Shown here in pieces: positions 22,119 through 31,007 of a stretch of DNA of 64,000 nt. Within the stretch, counting starts at the first letter, position 1. Each line of letters starts with the position of its first letter. The stretch covers positions 197,384 through 261,383 of the forward strand of contig CASDRB010000012.1 of assembly GCA_949283025.1 (NCBI GenBank). Reading direction: 5' to 3'. The notes beneath the pieces were generated by a model that saw only the letters and a list, made by a program, of their open reading frames with translations, searched no databases and was not told the DNA's origin. A program made the position numbers and the translations under genes. This DNA is from an uncultured bacterium. GTDB taxonomy: Bacteria > Bacillota_I > Bacilli_A > RFN20 > CAG-826.

Positions 22119-23334
22119 CACCTTTGTTTTTAATAATTTCTTCAAAAAATTTCCCAGATTTTCTTATAGACAATATATCTTTTTCAAAATCATACGCGAC
22201 TAGACCAAACCTAGCGCTTTCCCCTTCTTTCCATTCGAAATTATCTAAAAAAGTCCATTGGTAATATCTTTTAACAAAATCTAAATCGCTGATCACTCTT
22301 AAATGATCATAAATATATAAACTTCTAAAATTATCTTTTGCATCGCAAGTTCCGTTTTCGGTGATATAAATATCGCCACCAAACATTTGATGATATTTTA
22401 TGCATGTATTTCTTAAACCGATTGGATAAATTGCCCAACCTAAATCATTTCTAGGGTATTTTGGATCGGGGGAATACGAAAAATGCGCGACATTATTGCT
22501 GGTGTAATAATTGATGCCTATATAATCATAATATTTGCCTTTTTTGCATCCAACAAATCCAATTGGAAAAGAAAATTTTCCCCATGCCATCGCTTTAATT
22601 GGAGCGTCATTAAAAGCTTTATCAAAAAAGTTTGTCTCCCATTGATAAATTAAATTTTTGGGATTTTTAGGTTTAAAATATTGAACATGATGAGCAAACC
22701 CAACATGCGCCATCGGGTCAATTTCATGTAATATTTGATATGATTTAATATGTGCAACGCATAAATTTTTTAACACTTTTTGCATGTGGAAAAAATTCTT
22801 TTCTTGATTTAACCATTCGCCAAATAAAAAGCAATTCACCGCGTAGACATTTGGCTCATTAATCGTGCAATACTCATGGCAATAGTATCTTAAATTTAAA
22901 GCGACAAATTTAACAAATTCAATGAATTTTTGCACATTTTTTCTTTTCAACCAACCACCAATTTGATCAAACCAAATCGGATTAGAAAAATGATGTAAAG
23001 TAATTAATGATTGAATATTATATGACTTTAAAAGTTTGATTTCTTCAATATATCTATCCATCACTTTTTGGTCAAATTTTCCTTCTTGAGGTTCGATTCT
23101 CGACCACTCTAATGAAAAACGATATATTTGAATTTTCATGTCTTTCATCAATTCAATATCGCGCTTATAATTTTCCCAATGTCGGTTTGCTCTTAAACAA
23201 TTAGTATGATCAATAGTCTTATCATTATTTTTGCACCACTCAAACCAACTGTTATTTTTATCTCCGCCCTCTATTTGAGTGGATGCAGTAGCAACTCCCA
23301 ATAAAAAAGATGGATTCAATTTAAAGGCTTTCAT
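22084..23334 (-). CDS. Glycoside hydrolase family 1 (beta-glucosidase)
   Basis: ATASTQIEG, YRFSLEWSRI, TINEP and ITENG catalytic motifs, DNFEW. Confidence 0.92.
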   Translation of the reverse strand: MKAFKLNPSFLLGVATASTQIEGGDKNNSWFEWCKNNDKTIDHTNCLRANRHWENYKRDIELMKDMKIQIYRFSLEWSRIEPQEGKFDQKVMDRYIEEIKLLKSYNIQSLITLHHFSNPIWFDQIGGWLKRKNVQKFIEFVKFVALNLRYYCHEYCTINEPNVYAVNCFLFGEWLNQEKNFFHMQKVLKNLCVAHIKSYQILHEIDPMAHVGFAHHVQYFKPKNPKNLIYQWETNFFDKAFNDAPIKAMAWGKFSFPIGFVGCKKGKYYDYIGINYYTSNNVAHFSYSPDPKYPRNDLGWAIYPIGLRNTCIKYHQMFGGDIYITENGTCDAKDNFRSLYIYDHLRVISDLDFVKRYYQWTFLDNFEWKEGESARFGLVAYDFEKDILSIRKSGKFFEEIIKNKGVTQSMIDEYLK

Positions 23335-23335
23335 A

Positions 23336-25003
23336 TTAATTCTCCTTTAGATAAACTCTAGCTTCGTATGGTTTTAAATAATTATCGTCATTCTCCATGT
23401 AATTTGATATTAATAGTTTATAATCACATAAATTTAGTTTTTTTGTTAATTTAATATTTTTGTTTTTAAAATTTGTCAAAGCTAAAAGAGTATGTTTTTT
23501 ATCCTTTCTTAAATAAGCAAAAATACTATTGCTATGTTTTAAAATAGTAATATATTTCCCGTCTTTAATAACTGGGTATTTTTTTCTAATTTCAATAATC
23601 TTTTGATAATAATAAAAGACACTATTTGAATCATTGATAGCATTTTTTACATTAATTTTTTCATAGTTTGAATTCATTCTAATCCATGGCTTGACACTAG
23701 AAAATCCACCGTATGAGCTATCATCCCAAGCCATAGGAATTCGAGCGTTGTCTCTGCTGACTTCAAAAATATATTTTTTTATTAATAATCCTATTAATTT
23801 ATTCTTCTGACTAAGAGCATACATGTTTTTTGCTTCAACATCTTTTATTTCATCAATAGATTTAAAATAAGCGTTAGTCGTACCTATTTCTTGACCTTGA
23901 TAAATAAACGGGGTGCCTTGAAGGAAAAAATAAAATGTCGCAAGCATTTTACTAGATTCGACTCGATATTTTTGATCGCATGTTCCAAATCTGCCAACTG
24001 AGCGTCTTTGATCATGATTTTCAATAAATAAAGAGTTCCAGCCTTTTTGATATAGACCATCTTGCCATCGTTGAATAACCTTTCTTAATTTTTTGACTTT
24101 AAACTTCGCCTTTAAGTATTTAACACCAAAATAATTATCGGTGTCAGTATGGTCAAAATTAAAAACCATGTCTAATTCTTGGCGTTTAGGATCAACCAAA
24201 TTTTTGGCTTGTTTTAAAGACGATAACACCGTTTCCCCTACGGTCATACAATCGTAATCAGCGTATGCTTTTACATATAATTCATGAAGGTATTCATGCA
24301 ATCTAGGGCCATTAATATAAGCATCTTTTCCTGTTAGTGCCAATTTAGGGAAGCGATTTTTAAAATCTTGTTTTTTAGATATTAAAGTAATGACATCGCA
24401 CCTAAACCCATCTACTCCTAAATCAAGCCAAAAACGAAGAATATTAATAACTTCTTCTCTTACTTTTTCATTTTCCCAATTTAAATCAGGTTGTCCTTTT
24501 GCGAATAGATGCAAATAATATTCATCACTATTTGGATTTTCTTTTTCCCAAGTAGAACCACCAAAAAATCCTGTCCAATTATTCGGTGGCTTTTTGCCGT
24601 TGTTTTTTCCTTTTTTAAATATGTAGTAATTGCGATAAGGACTATTTTTATTTTTTAAAGCTTCTTGAAACCATCGATGTTGGTTAGAAGTGTGATTAAC
24701 CACCAAATCCATGATAATTCTAATACCTTTTTCGTGAGCCTTTTTGATAAGCGTTTTCATATCATCTAAAGTTCCAAAAGGTGGATAAATATCATAATAA
24801 TTTGCTATATCGTATCCATTATCTTCTTGTGGTGAATCATAAACAGGAGATAACCAAATGCAATTTATTCCTAATTGCTTTAAATAATCCAATTTAGAAA
24901 TAATTCCTGGAATATCACCAAAGCCATCTGCGTTAGAATCTTTAAAAGAGCGTGGATAGATTTGATAAATTATTGCATCTTTATACCAATCAGTATGTTT
25001 CAT
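23336..25003 (-). CDS. Oligo-1,6-glucosidase/alpha-glucosidase, GH13
   Basis: YQIYPRSF, DNGYD, DLVVNHTS, QPDLNW, GFRCDV, ENHDQ; start taken at MKHTDW. Confidence 0.92.
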   Translation of the reverse strand: MKHTDWYKDAIIYQIYPRSFKDSNADGFGDIPGIISKLDYLKQLGINCIWLSPVYDSPQEDNGYDIANYYDIYPPFGTLDDMKTLIKKAHEKGIRIIMDLVVNHTSNQHRWFQEALKNKNSPYRNYYIFKKGKNNGKKPPNNWTGFFGGSTWEKENPNSDEYYLHLFAKGQPDLNWENEKVREEVINILRFWLDLGVDGFRCDVITLISKKQDFKNRFPKLALTGKDAYINGPRLHEYLHELYVKAYADYDCMTVGETVLSSLKQAKNLVDPKRQELDMVFNFDHTDTDNYFGVKYLKAKFKVKKLRKVIQRWQDGLYQKGWNSLFIENHDQRRSVGRFGTCDQKYRVESSKMLATFYFFLQGTPFIYQGQEIGTTNAYFKSIDEIKDVEAKNMYALSQKNKLIGLLIKKYIFEVSRDNARIPMAWDDSSYGGFSSVKPWIRMNSNYEKINVKNAINDSNSVFYYYQKIIEIRKKYPVIKDGKYITILKHSNSIFAYLRKDKKHTLLALTNFKNKNIKLTKKLNLCDYKLLISNYMENDDNYLKPYEARVYLKEN

Positions 25004-25065
25004 ATTTTTACCTTCCAAAAATATTTTAACAACTTTTCATAAAAATTATCTATAATATCGTTAAT

Positions 25066-25506
25066 ATGAAAATATTAATTGTTTCAGATAGTCATGGTGA
25101 TCAAGACACATTAAATCAAATTTTATTACAAAATCCAAGAATGGATTTATATTTACACGCTGGCGATTCTTTACAAAACCCATATACACTAAAACCATTT
25201 ATTTCAGTCAAAGGAAACTGCGATTACGATATAAATTTATTAGAAAATATCAAATTGAAAACTCCATACGGTTATTTATATATGCAGCATAAACCTTATT
25301 TTTCATCCAATGTTTTAAATGATGACAACATAAAAATATTTATAAGTGGTCATACTCATATTCGACAATTTAAAAAAATAGATAACAAATATTTTATCAA
25401 CCCTGGTTCAATTGCTTTTTCAAGAGACCCTTTGGGGCCATCTTATTGCATATTAACAATTGATAAAAATAATGTTGATTGTCAATTTATTAATTTGTCT
25501 ATTTAG
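25066..25506 (+). CDS. YfcE-family metallophosphoesterase
   Basis: SDSHG, HAGD, GNCD, GHTH, NPGS. Confidence 0.9.
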   Translation: MKILIVSDSHGDQDTLNQILLQNPRMDLYLHAGDSLQNPYTLKPFISVKGNCDYDINLLENIKLKTPYGYLYMQHKPYFSSNVLNDDNIKIFISGHTHIRQFKKIDNKYFINPGSIAFSRDPLGPSYCILTIDKNNVDCQFINLSI

Positions 25507-26041
25507 ATAAGTAAGTATATATACAATGCGGGATAGATTCAAACCAAGCCTTCATCATTATTGGATATTCTTCAATTTTAATTCTATTTCTCACTAATCG
25601 ATAAACAAATGTAACGTCAGAAAGCGCCAGCGCCTCTGCCCCTCTTATTATATAATATTCATTAATATCAGCGCCCAATGCTTTTAAATGCTTAAGCAAA
25701 GCGTCTTGGTATGTTTTTATTAAGTCATAATAAATAAAATATGGCTCATCGTATTTTAATATATTTTTAACAAAATTAAAATTTTCCAAAATAGATTTAT
25801 AAGTCGTATAAATTCTTTGTCGCCAAGGATATGTAGTATTTTCTGGATTTTTAAAAGAAGCTAATATTACATCTTTCAATACATTAGACATAACATCATA
25901 TTTATCTTTAAAATAATAATAAAAACTAGCCTTAGCTACTTGAGCATTTTGGATTATTGTATCCGTTTTTACCTTATCCATCGGTTTTTTAGATAAAAGA
26001 TCAAACGCAGCAATTTTAATTTTTTGTTCAATGTTTTTCAC
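25499..26041 (-). CDS. TetR/AcrR-family transcriptional regulator
   Basis: N-terminal HTH ...AQVAKASFYYYFKDKYD. Confidence 0.85.
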   Translation of the reverse strand: MKNIEQKIKIAAFDLLSKKPMDKVKTDTIIQNAQVAKASFYYYFKDKYDVMSNVLKDVILASFKNPENTTYPWRQRIYTTYKSILENFNFVKNILKYDEPYFIYYDLIKTYQDALLKHLKALGADINEYYIIRGAEALALSDVTFVYRLVRNRIKIEEYPIMMKAWFESIPHCIYTYLSK

Positions 26042-26063
26042 AAGATTAATTTTATATTATTTT

Positions 26064-26972
26064 TTATTTTTTAGAAACGCTGATATTATATTTTTTTAAT
26101 TTATCATTCATTTTTTTAAAGTATGGATAAAACAATTTAAAATATCCTTTTGTCTTTGGATTTATATAATTGTCTTCTACAGTAAAATCATTAGAAATTC
26201 TTTTAAAATTATAAGGAGTATTCACTTTCCAATGATTTAATATTCCAAATTTAATAGCGTCATGCGGGCAATACATTGTGCAGTGCATACACATTGAACA
26301 ATGTGACGATATTTTTAATTTCCCTTTTTTGTCTTTATAAATAGCGTTAGTTGGGCATAAATTATAACATGTGCCACAATCGACACAAGATTTCATATTA
26401 ACGCTAGAAAACCATGAATTTATGCAAGGCGCAATCCATTCAATTCTCAACAACGTTGATACTAACCGGTATCTTAATTTATATTTAACTTGTTCTTCTT
26501 CACCTAAGGATATTCGTTTAGCAATCATTTGACATATTGGTTCGCAATATAACAATTGTTGCTTAACAACTTCATCTTTATATCTAAACATGATGTTATA
26601 TGGCAAAATAATGTGTTCTTCTAAAATTAATTTATAACCTTTTTTTATTATTTTTTTATAAAAATGATAAGATGAACTATCATTTAAATGATAAGGCTCT
26701 CCAGACGTCTTAAAAATAAACATTTTTTTATCCTTAACGTTTGGCAATTGCTTTAAGAATTTATTAAACGCTGCAGGAACATTAAAAGCATGAATTGGAT
26801 AACCAATTCCAACATAATCATAATCATTAGGGTCAGGAACATTGACTATTGATTTTTTATATTGATATAAATCGACTTGAAAACCATACTCGCTCAAATG
26901 TTTAGCAATATATTTAGCACATAATTTCGTGTTCCCGGTTCCACTAAAATAGTATAAAACCGCTTTTTTCAT
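26064..26972 (-). CDS. EFR1-family flavodoxin-ferredoxin fusion
   Basis: YFSGTGNT flavodoxin motif plus CVDCGTCYNLCP and CSMCMHCTMYCP. Confidence 0.85.
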   Translation of the reverse strand: MKKAVLYYFSGTGNTKLCAKYIAKHLSEYGFQVDLYQYKKSIVNVPDPNDYDYVGIGYPIHAFNVPAAFNKFLKQLPNVKDKKMFIFKTSGEPYHLNDSSSYHFYKKIIKKGYKLILEEHIILPYNIMFRYKDEVVKQQLLYCEPICQMIAKRISLGEEEQVKYKLRYRLVSTLLRIEWIAPCINSWFSSVNMKSCVDCGTCYNLCPTNAIYKDKKGKLKISSHCSMCMHCTMYCPHDAIKFGILNHWKVNTPYNFKRISNDFTVEDNYINPKTKGYFKLFYPYFKKMNDKLKKYNISVSKK

Positions 26973-26983
26973 ATAATAATTGT

Positions 26984-27988
26984 CTATTTAAATGATCTGT
27001 TTGGATAACAAGCTTCCATCGTTTCTTCGATTCCTTCTTTCAAACCACCTCTTGTTATATGCAATTCGTTACATACTTTATCCATTACTTCAGGGGAAAC
27101 AACAATGTCTGCTGACATGATTTGTTTCATGACTCTAACCAAATCTAATCCAGGTTGTTTGCCTTGTTTTGCCTCTTTTTTGACAATAGCTTTAGCACCT
27201 AATGCGCAAATCCAACCAGCAGGGTTAATTATTTTTCTTGTTTTGCCAGTTGCCGCAATCATCATCGTATCAAGCATCCAATTATAAGATTTATTTTCAT
27301 CACCAATCGGATAATATTCTCCATCTTTACCATATTCAATAGCGCCTATTCCTGCCTCTGCAATATGTTTGACATGAGTCATGGTTGTTGAACCTTTTGG
27401 AAAGAAAATAGTCTTTTTATTATAAGCAAATCTATCTAAAAATGTAGCTTTCCATAATGGAATACGTTTAGGCATCGAACCAAAAATATATGGCAATTCT
27501 AACACCACAACTTCCATTTTCTTTTTTTGCTCATTTAAAAGTGCAGCTTGTTCAACCCTAGCTCTTATATATGGGTGATATTTAGCCAATTCTAATTCAG
27601 GATAAGTTTTATTAAAATGGGTAAAATAAGAATTATAAACAACAGATTTTTTAATGCCAGCTTTTTCAGCTGCTCTAAAACATTTAGCACAATGATCGAC
27701 TAATCTTAATTTGAAAAATTCATATGCCGGAGCAGGCGGAGTATCGCGATCATCTGGTCCAATTGAATAAATCATATAATCATATCCTTTTAACAATTTG
27801 ACCAATTCCTCTTCTTTTGCTTCAAAAACATCACAAATTGTTACTTTCACTTCTTTTGGCCACCAGCCAGTTAAATCAACGTCATCAATAGCAATAACGC
27901 CTACTTCATAACCTTTTTGTAAAGCTAATAAAACAGTGTGGTAACCTAAAAACCCGGTTCCACCCATAACCATAATTTTTTTTGCCAT
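26984..27988 (-). CDS. NAD-dependent epimerase/dehydratase
   Basis: GGTGFLG Rossmann motif, extended SDR layout. Confidence 0.82.
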   Translation of the reverse strand: MAKKIMVMGGTGFLGYHTVLLALQKGYEVGVIAIDDVDLTGWWPKEVKVTICDVFEAKEEELVKLLKGYDYMIYSIGPDDRDTPPAPAYEFFKLRLVDHCAKCFRAAEKAGIKKSVVYNSYFTHFNKTYPELELAKYHPYIRARVEQAALLNEQKKKMEVVVLELPYIFGSMPKRIPLWKATFLDRFAYNKKTIFFPKGSTTMTHVKHIAEAGIGAIEYGKDGEYYPIGDENKSYNWMLDTMMIAATGKTRKIINPAGWICALGAKAIVKKEAKQGKQPGLDLVRVMKQIMSADIVVSPEVMDKVCNELHITRGGLKEGIEETMEACYPNRSFK

Positions 27989-28293
27989 CTATGTTTCTCC
28001 TTTTTATGACTAGTTTAATTATATGTTAGTTTTATACAAAGAAACACTAATTTTTCAACAATTTTATCAAAAATGTTTAATAATCTTTAATTAATTATAT
28101 CGATTATTGTTTTACACATTATATTTAACAAATAAAAAATCATGCACATATATATTAAATAAAATTAGAGATATAGCGTTTTTTTGAACTTTTTTATTAT
28201 TTAGTCTATATTTAAAATGAGTTCGATTGTAATTAAAAATATTATAAATATTTTATGTAAACGAAAATTTTTTTGTTAATTGATACATAATTT

Positions 28294-28327
28294 TGTAAAA
28301 GATTGTATAATGTAAAAGATTGCAAAA
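28294..28327 (+). promoter_or_regulatory. Tandem 17-bp direct repeat overlapping a TATAAT box upstream of cluster 1
   Basis: tgtaaaagattgtataa / tgtaaaagattgcaaaa; TATAAT at 28306-28311; SD aaggaaggag before the ATG at 28354. Confidence 0.55.
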
Positions 28328-28353
28328 CCTTTTATCAAGGAAGGAGAACTTAG

Positions 28354-29133
28354 ATGAAAAAATTAACAAAGCATGCAAGTAGAAGAAAATGGATTCTTGG
28401 TGGCGTACTAGCTTTTGCTGGCGTAACTCTATTAACTGTTGGTACTGCTACTTGGATTGTTGGACAAGATAGTTCTAGCAAAGATGAAGACATTCAAGTA
28501 TCAGTTGACTCAGTTGAAAATAGGTCAGTAGTGTTGACGACCAAATTATCAGATAGTGCGATTGAATTAAAAGAGACTAAGGAACCAGCAGAAGACGGTA
28601 TTCTAGGACTTGAAGGTGGAGCGACTCCAGATGCATTAAAAATTACATTTAGTGAAATTAAATTAACTTATGGTAACAATTATTTCAATTCGGATAGCGA
28701 TAGTTTAAAATTTGATTTTTCAATCAAATATCACGACGAAGAAGGTAGCGCTACAAATTCGCAAAATTTAGTTAAAGAAAGTAAAATTGGCACTAAGCGA
28801 GTTCAAGATAAAACAGCAGCTTCTATTAAAAATGAAAGCAATGATTCGTGGGAATATGTTGCTGCACCTGAACCATTGACTTTATCTGGCAGCGGAGGAA
28901 CTGGTGATACAGATCCTACTAGCGGTTTAAAAACTATCACATACACTAGTAAAACTGTAGAATTTAGATGGGGTAGCTTCTTTAATAATGAATCACCTTG
29001 CACATATTACAACAAATTGACTTTTGACAATGAATTAAAAGCGATGAATGATATTACTAATGAATTAGAAGCTATGCAAGTTTTAAGTAAAATTAGTTTA
29101 ACTATCTCTGTTTCAGTTGTTAAAGGAGCTTAA
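28354..29133 (+). CDS. Secreted protein with SipW-type leader; putative fibre subunit 1A
   Basis: Basic N-terminus, hydrophobic helix ending VGTATW; beta-rich acidic body with FRWGSFF...P; strong SD. Confidence 0.6.
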   Translation: MKKLTKHASRRKWILGGVLAFAGVTLLTVGTATWIVGQDSSSKDEDIQVSVDSVENRSVVLTTKLSDSAIELKETKEPAEDGILGLEGGATPDALKITFSEIKLTYGNNYFNSDSDSLKFDFSIKYHDEEGSATNSQNLVKESKIGTKRVQDKTAASIKNESNDSWEYVAAPEPLTLSGSGGTGDTDPTSGLKTITYTSKTVEFRWGSFFNNESPCTYYNKLTFDNELKAMNDITNELEAMQVLSKISLTISVSVVKGA

Positions 29134-29135
29134 AA

Positions 29136-29873
29136 ATGAAAATTAAACACAATAAAATTTTAACCTATTCAATGTTAGGTTTAGCTGCTGTATCATTAGT
29201 AGGCGTCGCGTTTTCATCATGGTTAGTCCAAGAGACTCAAGGAGCAAAAGTTGAAAACATCACTGTGTCAGTCGCCGATGTTCAAGACAAAAGTTTAATC
29301 ATAACTGAAGCAAAAGTTGATGAATATAATAAGACTTTCCTTTTTGATGCTAAAGAAGATGATACAACTGGGCCTATTATTTATACAGGTGAGACTGGTG
29401 GGGAAGATTTGAATTTTGGAATTACTTTTAAAGTAGAAAAAGCCTTAAATGCAAATGGCACTGCCGCTGCAGATAATTTTGGTGGCGTCTATGTTAAATG
29501 GGAAGTCACTGACGATGATGCCGGACGAGCTTTAAAAAACGCTATAACTAATAATTACATTGTTTCACCTTTGTCCGATAGCAATGTTGCTCTTCCTTCA
29601 TTTACTAATATTGGAGCTGATAGCGGAACTACTGTTAGTGGAACTAATGTTCAGGTCACATATGATGCTGATACAGTAACTAAAACCACTCTTACTGTTT
29701 CAGTCACATTTAGTTTTGCTTGGGGGAGTAAAACTGGCAGTCAAAATCCAGGAGAGTATGCTACTACCGATGATCCCGCTACTACACAAACTGCATTACA
29801 AGTTTTAATTGATTTGCAAGCCGCTAATAATGCGAAGTTTAACATTGTCTTAACTCCATTTTTAAAAGCATAA
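29136..29873 (+). CDS. Secreted protein with SipW-type leader; putative fibre subunit 1B (paralog of 1A)
   Basis: Leader ends VAFSSW; shares IxVSVxxV and FxWGS...P motifs with 1A. Confidence 0.6.
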   Translation: MKIKHNKILTYSMLGLAAVSLVGVAFSSWLVQETQGAKVENITVSVADVQDKSLIITEAKVDEYNKTFLFDAKEDDTTGPIIYTGETGGEDLNFGITFKVEKALNANGTAAADNFGGVYVKWEVTDDDAGRALKNAITNNYIVSPLSDSNVALPSFTNIGADSGTTVSGTNVQVTYDADTVTKTTLTVSVTFSFAWGSKTGSQNPGEYATTDDPATTQTALQVLIDLQAANNAKFNIVLTPFLKA

Positions 29874-29894
29874 TAAATTTATCAATAAACTTTT

Positions 29895-29923
29895 AACGCC
29901 TTTTTAGGCGTTTCTTCTTTTTT
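29895..29923 (+). terminator. Intrinsic terminator between subunit genes and sipW
   Basis: aacgcct-tttt-aggcgtt followed by tcttcttttt. Confidence 0.7.
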
Positions 29924-29947
29924 ATATGCGCGCACGCATAATAACCT

Positions 29948-30994
29948 ATGAACAGTTTAGAAATTCTTTCATTAATTATCACTTTTATCTGTTTGATAAG
30001 TTTTTGCATCGTTTTTACATTTTTATTTCGTGCCTATTTTAAAAATACGATAAAAAATATCAATGAAGGAAAAGAAGATATTGAATTAATTGATCAAGCT
30101 GTCATCGATGAGCAAAAAAAACATTCTAAAAAACAAAAAGTTTTAAAAGTAACCGGTAAGGTCATCTCATATACCATATTAGGCGCACTTATTGCTTTTT
30201 TTGGAATGGCCATCATTTCTAGAATAGCAGGTAATACTTTATTTTTTGGAGATACTACTGTAGTAGTTATCGCTTCTGGTTCAATGTCGAAAAAAAATAG
30301 CGCTAATACATATTTGCAAACATACGATTTAAACAATCAAATCGACACATATGATATAATTGGCATTAGCAAATATAAAAATTCACAACAAGTAAAATTG
30401 TACGATGTTGTCGCTTTTAAAGCTGATAACGGGGTCACAATTGTTCATCGCATTATAGATATTCAATATGATGATGATGGTATCGCTTATTACACTACAC
30501 GCGGAGATTCTAATGCGATAAGCGATAATGGTAGTTTATATAATGGCTATTTGACGTATGAAAATCTGGTTGGATATTATAACGGGGTGCGAGTTCCAAT
30601 ATTAGGTTCGTTTGTTATTTTTTTACAATCAGGTTCAGGAATTATTACTATTCTTTCCATCATATATTGTTTCGTGATGTTTGATGTATATAAAAAGAAA
30701 CTAGATGATGCAATTATCAATCGTAGCAATATGCTTATAGAATTGATAGATTATGATCCATCAAACGGCGATATCATTAATGATTTTAAACAAGAGTTGT
30801 ACTATCAAGGAATCAAATATACTTTCAAAGACGGACAATTTATCGATAAGTCTGAAACAATCGACGAACGTTTCAAAGATGTTGATAAAGATGATATGGT
30901 ATTTGTTAATGAAAGCAAAAATGAAACGTCTATTAAAATAAAGAATACTAAAAACAATCACATAAGTGATTTAAATGATAAGCGTGATAAATGA
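29948..30994 (+). CDS. sipW: SipW-like (ER-type, S26B) signal peptidase I with extra N-terminal TM
   Basis: IASGSM (Ser), DVVAF, TIVHRII (His), TRGDSN; flanking TM helices. Confidence 0.8.
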   Translation: MNSLEILSLIITFICLISFCIVFTFLFRAYFKNTIKNINEGKEDIELIDQAVIDEQKKHSKKQKVLKVTGKVISYTILGALIAFFGMAIISRIAGNTLFFGDTTVVVIASGSMSKKNSANTYLQTYDLNNQIDTYDIIGISKYKNSQQVKLYDVVAFKADNGVTIVHRIIDIQYDDDGIAYYTTRGDSNAISDNGSLYNGYLTYENLVGYYNGVRVPILGSFVIFLQSGSGIITILSIIYCFVMFDVYKKKLDDAIINRSNMLIELIDYDPSNGDIINDFKQELYYQGIKYTFKDGQFIDKSETIDERFKDVDKDDMVFVNESKNETSIKIKNTKNNHISDLNDKRDK

Positions 30995-31007
30995 GGGGGA
31001 ACACACT

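Noticed and set aside
28354-29873. Type IV pilin or sortase pilin interpretation of the small secreted proteins
   Set aside because: No class III G|FxxxE motif at the start of the hydrophobic helix, no LPxTG, and no prepilin peptidase, PilB/PilC or sortase nearby. The adjacent peptidase is S26/SipW-type.
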